This document shows, in pieces, positions 58,915 to 64,000 of a DNA stretch of 64,000 nucleotides (position 1 is its first letter; each line of letters opens with the position of its first letter). This stretch comes from an uncultured Acidimicrobiaceae bacterium (GTDB taxonomy: Bacteria; Actinomycetota; Acidimicrobiia; Acidimicrobiales; Bog-793), in NCBI GenBank assembly GCA_963719125.1, contig CAVRAT010000007.1, positions 63,859 to 127,858 on the forward strand, in the 5' to 3' direction. The notes under the pieces were generated by a model. That model made no database searches. It was not told the DNA's origin and saw nothing but the letters and a program-made list of their open reading frames with translations. Position numbers and translations under genes: made by a program.

Positions 58915-60246
58915 TCACTTAAGTAAACAGACCACTTCGACACCCGGTGTCTTCTTCCCGGCCCTGACACGCACAGGTTGGTCCGCCGCGCATGTCCCCT
59001 CCACTCCGTTGACCGAGAACATCGGACTGTGCCCGGTGAGTCGGTACAACCCTGCTGGCAGCCAGAGCACGAACTTGCCGCTCTTGGCAACCGCCACCGT
59101 GAACTTGTGCCCGGCTGAGTTCTGGGCCGTCACCTGACCCGGCAGCGGTCTAGGTGAACCGGGGGCTGGGCCTCCTACCGCGACGAAGCTGCCCGTGACC
59201 GAACCGAGAGCCCCGCTCGAAGACGCGGCCCGCAATGAGTACAGGATGGTCCTGGCGGTCATGCCGTTGCCTGCCAAGCCGATGGAGAAGAAGACCGGCT
59301 TCTTGTGCCCCGGCACCGTGACGTTGAGGACGAGGATGGAGTACGCGGGCGTGGTCGCCGGGCACGCCGTCAGGCCGTGAAGGTCAAGGCAATGAGCCGA
59401 GAACGCCAGGTGCAAACCCTCCGTGGCGAGTTCGCTGAGCGTATTGGACCCGGTGTCAACTTCGACACCGTCTCCTGGGTAGACGGGTGGTCCCGGAGTC
59501 CCTGATTCGTTCGGGCACGGGAAGGCGGCCAAGCCGCTGTCGGTGCTCAGAACCACCTCTCCCCCGCCCACTCCTTCGTTGAAGAAGCTCACACCTGGCG
59601 ACGAGGCGCAGGGCGTGTCGACGCCGTAGTTGAGCAAAGTCCGGGTTACCGGCCACCACGCGGGCGATGTGAACGAAAGCCCATGGAAGGTCAAGGTGTG
59701 CCAGCCGTACGGGACCACAGGTCCTGGGCCAGAAGCCAGAGCGATGACACGAGGCGAGCGGGTCAGGGTGTGCAGGACCCGTTGCGCAAGCGGCCCGCTA
59801 GCGCCGAACTCAAGGCGAAGCGATGGAACGAAATAGGTTCCGAGGTCGTCGTAAACCGAGAACCCGTTGATGACCGTCTGATGCTTGTAGCCGCTCCCTA
59901 CCTTCGCAAGCAAGGCCATCCAAACCACGTTCTTCGGCCCTCGACCGGCCGTCTCATTCGCGCCGCAGACTCCTGGATTGACGAGGACCTCTCCCGGCGG
60001 CGAACCAGTTGGGCACCCCGAGGAGTTGTAGAGGACCCACCAGGTCGAGGGCACCGATATCTGCACATCTCCGTAGGCCACTGGTATCCATCCGCCTGGT
60101 GTGGCAGAGAGGTCTACGGCAGGGAGCGGTTTGGTTGTGACCACCGTCGTGGTAGTGGTTGTAAAGACCGTCTGGGAGCTGGTACATGCAGCGAGGACCA
60201 GCGTCAGGACCACCAGCACGAGGGCGCGCAACCTCACTGTGGTCAT
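58915..60246 (-). CDS. Lipoprotein with C-terminal carboxypeptidase-regulatory/Ig-like domain
   Basis: LAAC lipobox, Thr-rich linker, Cys-rich body, C-terminal G.VTG...VGGPAPG.PRP..G.V...G.F...LP.G.Y.L domain. Confidence 0.8.
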   Translation of the reverse strand: MTTVRLRALVLVVLTLVLAACTSSQTVFTTTTTTVVTTKPLPAVDLSATPGGWIPVAYGDVQISVPSTWWVLYNSSGCPTGSPPGEVLVNPGVCGANETAGRGPKNVVWMALLAKVGSGYKHQTVINGFSVYDDLGTYFVPSLRLEFGASGPLAQRVLHTLTRSPRVIALASGPGPVVPYGWHTLTFHGLSFTSPAWWPVTRTLLNYGVDTPCASSPGVSFFNEGVGGGEVVLSTDSGLAAFPCPNESGTPGPPVYPGDGVEVDTGSNTLSELATEGLHLAFSAHCLDLHGLTACPATTPAYSILVLNVTVPGHKKPVFFSIGLAGNGMTARTILYSLRAASSSGALGSVTGSFVAVGGPAPGSPRPLPGQVTAQNSAGHKFTVAVAKSGKFVLWLPAGLYRLTGHSPMFSVNGVEGTCAADQPVRVRAGKKTPGVEVVCLLK

Positions 60247-60294
60247 CGTTCCATGAAGTCGAGAGAGGACGGGTTCGCGCACCGTCGCCAGTCT

Positions 60295-60624
60295 CTAGTC
60301 ACGGGTGTCGAAGAAGTCGGCAGTGACCCTGTAGCCAGCCCGTACCGCCACACCCTTGGAACCTCACCAACCCGTTACGCGGTACGTCCCAGGACTGACT
60401 GAGAACCGGTACTGGCTACCTGAGCGGACCGTCTCGGAGGCGGCAAGGCTCGGCCCTGAATAGAGGCTCACCTTGACATGCAGAACGTCACCAGGCGGGA
60501 GTGCGAGTCCCTGGCAAGCGTAGGCAACCCCGGTCACGACGCCGATGGGCTTGGCGGTGCTCGTCGTGCAGGCGCCCAGCATTAGCGTCACGACCACCAT
60601 CGCGACTGCCACGAGCTTGCGCAC
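60295..60624 (-). pseudogene. Small lipoprotein (carboxypeptidase-regulatory-like) with in-frame TGA at 60364-60366
   Basis: LGAC lipobox; ..YRFSVSPGTYRVTGW*GSKGVAVRAGYRVTADF.. continues to TAG 60295. Confidence 0.7.
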
Positions 60625-60660
60625 CGTGGTCTCAGGTCGAACCCAGCGACGTAGGCGCTC

Positions 60661-61644
60661 TCATGGGTCGACGCTGACGACAGTCCCGACGAACGGGCCG
60701 TTGCCGGTATCGAGTTGCCAGGAGAACTTCACGACCCGTACCTGCGACACCTTCGGCACCGTCATCTCCATCGCGAACCTTGCCGTCTTGCCAGCTTCGA
60801 GGCGACCGATGGCCCGACAGTGAAGTTCGTAGGACCAGGTGTGGAGCTGAACCTTTGAGCCTTTGGTCAAGGTGAGGAACTCGGTGTAGCCGGGGCACGG
60901 CGAGAACGTCACTGCTCGGGAGCCTGGGTTCGAGAGGACAACGGTGTAGTGGAGAACCTGACCACCCTCGATACGAACGGGGGGTTCGACCCTCGCCTGT
61001 AGGGAGGCGAGCGTGCCAGGCACCGGGACGAAGACGCCAGGGACAGGAGGCGTGACCCCGAGCTGGCTCTCCCAGAACCCGTCCGTGTAGCCGCACGGCG
61101 GAAAGCTCTTGGTGGTGAAGGAACCCGCGTTGTTCGGCAAGCTAATGACTACGGCTCGATAGACGACGGGAGGCGCTGTCGTTGTCGGGTTGAAGCACTG
61201 GTCCGTTCCGGCAAGAAGGAACTCCCCTCTGGCACCCGGTCGCAGGTTGGCGGCTGTCATGTTCCCGAAGTAGGTGCCGTGTTCCGGTTTCAGCGAGACG
61301 CGCGCACCGGAGGTCGTGATGGCGGTCAAGGTCGGATAACCAGATAGGCGGCAGATCACCTTTCCCACGTTTGTCATGTAGAAGTTGTTGGCGATGTTGC
61401 CCATCCCGACACCGCCAGTACCTGCCCGTATGCGCAGGGCTGAGGTCGAGCACGGCAGCGCGGGGGCAAGCGTCGTCGTGGTGTTAGTGGTCGATGTCGT
61501 CTGCGGTGCCGGGGTCGATATCCAGGCAACAACTCCTGTCATGGTGCGGTGAGGTGGGGTCGAGGAACCGGTACAGGCGGCGAGGACCACACCGGAGACC
61601 ATCAAGGTCATGGCCACTGCCGCGACTGCAAAGAGCTTGCGCAC
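60661..61644 (-). CDS. Lipoprotein with DUF4232-like domain plus second beta domain
   Basis: LAAC lipobox; C..SAL....G..GVGMGN......TN....C.LSGYP; second domain Y.V.L.N.......F.PCP.Y. Confidence 0.8.
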   Translation of the reverse strand: MRKLFAVAAVAMTLMVSGVVLAACTGSSTPPHRTMTGVVAWISTPAPQTTSTTNTTTTLAPALPCSTSALRIRAGTGGVGMGNIANNFYMTNVGKVICRLSGYPTLTAITTSGARVSLKPEHGTYFGNMTAANLRPGARGEFLLAGTDQCFNPTTTAPPVVYRAVVISLPNNAGSFTTKSFPPCGYTDGFWESQLGVTPPVPGVFVPVPGTLASLQARVEPPVRIEGGQVLHYTVVLSNPGSRAVTFSPCPGYTEFLTLTKGSKVQLHTWSYELHCRAIGRLEAGKTARFAMEMTVPKVSQVRVVKFSWQLDTGNGPFVGTVVSVDP

Positions 61645-61651
61645 AATGGTC

Positions 61652-63442
61652 CTAAAGCAAACCCATTGACGGACACTGGACTTTGCCCCACAGGTTTGGA
61701 AGAAGGGGGCCTGTCCACGGCTTCGGTTTCGCTGGCAGAAGGAAAACCGACTTGGACTCGGTCAGCGCCAACGAGACCAGCTCAAGCCGACTGGAGCCGA
61801 CGAACCACTCAGCGTCGAAGGCCAGTTGTCCTGTCTTCGTGAGACAGAGGACGACGCCTTCGGCTTGGATGTTCAGGATGTTCAGACACCACAGGCGACG
61901 CCCGAGCACCGTTCGGTGGGACAAGACCAGCGGGCCGAGGATGTTGGTGCTGAGGTTCTCCATGACCCACATGGGCATCCGGTATCCCTCAACCTGCATG
62001 ATTTGCCCGATGCTCTGCGGGCCGAACGGCCCGACACATTTCCAAGCCCTCCGTGGGGCCGTTTCCAGGCACTCGTAGTCGCCGCCCCTACCAGTCTGGA
62101 TGAAGCGGAATGTCCCCCGGCCGAACGGGGTCTCGTAGACGAAGTTCCCCTCGGGGTCAGAACCCACCGCAGGCTCAGACCAGACCGCAAAGCTAGGAAT
62201 CTCACCTGGCAGGATGTCCAGCGGAGGGACGAATCGGTAGGTGGCCTCGAACGGCTCACGCAGCCCCTGGTGGGCCAGGGCCACGAATCGGGACAGGTCT
62301 GCGCGGCTGACGGTCGCCGTGGCGGTCACAGTTGGGGCTTTTGCTGACTGCCACGAGCGCCCGCCGTTGGTGGTGCGCCACATCAAGTAGGGAGGGTTGG
62401 GTCTATAACCTGAGAATCCGAGCACCAGCCACATTGTCGCGCTGGCGAGAGCCACTTCGCAGCTGTATTCGGAACTGTGAGGGATTCGCAACAGGGTAGT
62501 GAAGTGTTTGCCGCCATCTCGGGCGAGCCACACGTCCTCAGCGAGCACATAGAACATCGCCTCGCTATCTGAGGTGGGATATATCTGAACGCCATTCGAG
62601 ACGCCCCACGGAGACTCTAGGGTGACGAACTCCCGCCCTCCGTCGGTGGAACGAATCGCGTAGCCGCCGTTGCCGGTCACACAGAAGCCCCAGAGAGTAA
62701 CGGGCGACGTAGCGGTCAAATCACATCCGAACCCGCCTATGTAGCCGCCGGGTATCAGTTTGGCGAAAGTCCTGCCCCCATTATGGGAGACGAGCAGACG
62801 GGTGCTGCTGACCCCCCAGGTCAGGAGCAGCCACACGTTCGACCCAAAGACTGTCCAGCCGAACTGGTTCTCAGCTTCGATTGCCGTCACCGGCAATCGC
62901 CGGGTCATCCATCGGTCGCTCGTCACTGGCGATGAGGCGAGTTCGGATGACTTGCACTGACCTTCTCTTGAGCAGTTCCGGGAAACGAGCGCGTAGGCAC
63001 GCCCCCCTGTAAGGACGACTGGGGCTTGGAATCTGGCAAGTACAAGTCGCCAAGCCCTTCCCCCGTCGTCGGTCCAGTAGAGGTGGGCTGGGTTATCTTG
63101 GAAGTCCGCGCTGTACGCGTAGCCGTCCTGACGGTTTGCGAACTCGATGCCGTACATGCCCACAGGAGGCGAGCCGACCCGTACCCAGGATTGCCCGCCG
63201 TCGGCGCTTCGCATGAGCACAGGACAGGTCCCGGTGGAACATGGGTACGTCCCCAACATCCACAGGTAACCCGCGGCACCGGTCACGGCGGTAGGGGTAA
63301 CGCGCGCTCCTGTCGCCGACGTAAGGTCGAAGCCCTCGGTGACCCTCGCCGTCGTCGGGCGGCTGGCCGAGCTTGTCCCGGCAGCGACCATCAAAGTCAT
63401 GGTCACTGTCGCGACTGCCACGAGCTTGCGCACCGTGCGCAT
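61652..63442 (-). CDS. Secreted BNR/Asp-box repeat protein with C-terminal four-Cys domain
   Basis: Repeated S/T-x-D/N-GG-x-x-W/F motifs (SADGGQSW, TDDGGRAW, SHNGGRTF, STDGGREF, ARDGGKHF, TTNGGRSW). Confidence 0.85.
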   Translation of the reverse strand: MRTVRKLVAVATVTMTLMVAAGTSSASRPTTARVTEGFDLTSATGARVTPTAVTGAAGYLWMLGTYPCSTGTCPVLMRSADGGQSWVRVGSPPVGMYGIEFANRQDGYAYSADFQDNPAHLYWTDDGGRAWRLVLARFQAPVVLTGGRAYALVSRNCSREGQCKSSELASSPVTSDRWMTRRLPVTAIEAENQFGWTVFGSNVWLLLTWGVSSTRLLVSHNGGRTFAKLIPGGYIGGFGCDLTATSPVTLWGFCVTGNGGYAIRSTDGGREFVTLESPWGVSNGVQIYPTSDSEAMFYVLAEDVWLARDGGKHFTTLLRIPHSSEYSCEVALASATMWLVLGFSGYRPNPPYLMWRTTNGGRSWQSAKAPTVTATATVSRADLSRFVALAHQGLREPFEATYRFVPPLDILPGEIPSFAVWSEPAVGSDPEGNFVYETPFGRGTFRFIQTGRGGDYECLETAPRRAWKCVGPFGPQSIGQIMQVEGYRMPMWVMENLSTNILGPLVLSHRTVLGRRLWCLNILNIQAEGVVLCLTKTGQLAFDAEWFVGSSRLELVSLALTESKSVFLLPAKPKPWTGPLLPNLWGKVQCPSMGLL

Positions 63443-63540
63443 CTTGACACTGACCACCAGCGTCGGGGCGTCGCGGGAAAAGGTGGCTGTCCATCTCGGC
63501 GTCAGGGAACCTCCCCCAGCACGTCGGGCATGATGAAGCC

Positions 63541-63795
63541 ATGACGGATAAATGGTCATGTCAGCACTTCTCCCTCGCCAACCCGCTAAACCGGGGAGCC
63601 ACCGACCTGCCCAGGCTGCTCCGGCGTGTGGCCACCGAGATTGAGAAGCGCGACATCGGCCCCATGGACCTCCTGGACCTGACAATCCATCAGGAAATGA
63701 CCGGCGACGGGCCATGGTGGTCCGCGACGGTCTACTGGTCACCTGACAGCCCGGCGGATGGGGGTCTCGGCAAAGACGAGGGTGACAGCCGGTGA
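63541..63795 (+). CDS. Small hypothetical protein
   Basis: HFSLANP....DLPRLLRRVA..IE...WWSATVYW; CATGAT 6 nt upstream of the ATG. Confidence 0.7.
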   Translation: MTDKWSCQHFSLANPLNRGATDLPRLLRRVATEIEKRDIGPMDLLDLTIHQEMTGDGPWWSATVYWSPDSPADGGLGKDEGDSR

Positions 63796-64000
63796 CCCCA
63801 TGACCGGCTGGGCACCACCCTTGCCTCGCCAGATGACGCCCGGTGCGCAGACGACCACAACGAGGACATCATGGTCCGATGATGGAACTGGGCCGCGGAA
63901 GTCGCACCGAAGCCCCGGCAAGCGCACCTCGTTCCGCAACCCGTAGGAGTAGCCGCACACGCACAGCGCCGCGACCGTTCTTCCGGCCGACGCGACCTAC

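Noticed and set aside
56575-60246. Diversity-generating retroelement TR/VR pair
   Set aside because: Differences involve all bases and indels across the whole gene, and no reverse transcriptase is present.
1-64000. Genetic code 4 (UGA=Trp)
   Set aside because: Many well-defined genes end in TGA, often in ATGA/GTGA overlaps (5763, 6476, 34044, 54448).
63739-64000. Gene entering from the right edge
   Set aside because: None of the minus-strand frames gives a recognisable protein.

Overview
High-GC actinobacterial DNA, most consistent with Acidimicrobiia. This assignment is inferred from GYWLxxSxGxVFxxGDA repeats, F420-dependent enzyme families and frequent leaderless genes. 1-28 kb is mostly chromosomal: a Tat-exported GMC dehydrogenase pair, a convergent [NiFe]-hydrogenase maturation cluster (SIS-HypC fusion, SIS, hypE, hypF >< hypD, hypC) with no hypA/B or structural genes in the window, lipid enzymes, arsR-SRPBCC, choD-like oxidase and two GT-C/YfhO-like membrane genes. 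28.9-41.6 kb is a run of small resistance/detox modules (MFS-chrB-MFS; GntR-ABC; acetyltransferase; VOC-GNAT) separated by a mosaic family of degenerate intergenic repeats with a GCGCRTAA-CGA core. One repeat copy is split by two back-to-back IS1182 elements in the same CTAG. At 46.8-48.0 kb, two 3' fragments of tRNA-Glu(CTC), each with its own arm-like repeats, bracket a vapBC pair and a degenerate second vapBC copy, suggesting nested integration events. From 48 kb to the end is island-like: orphan genes, an IS21, an iteron-like CCGACCA cluster and a co-oriented array of secreted proteins/lipoproteins whose unrelated mature domains share near-identical signal-peptide DNA; one is interrupted by ISAzo13. 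Several genes carry single-base frameshifts or in-frame TGA codons. All assignments come from motif recognition and manual alignment; no database searches were run.
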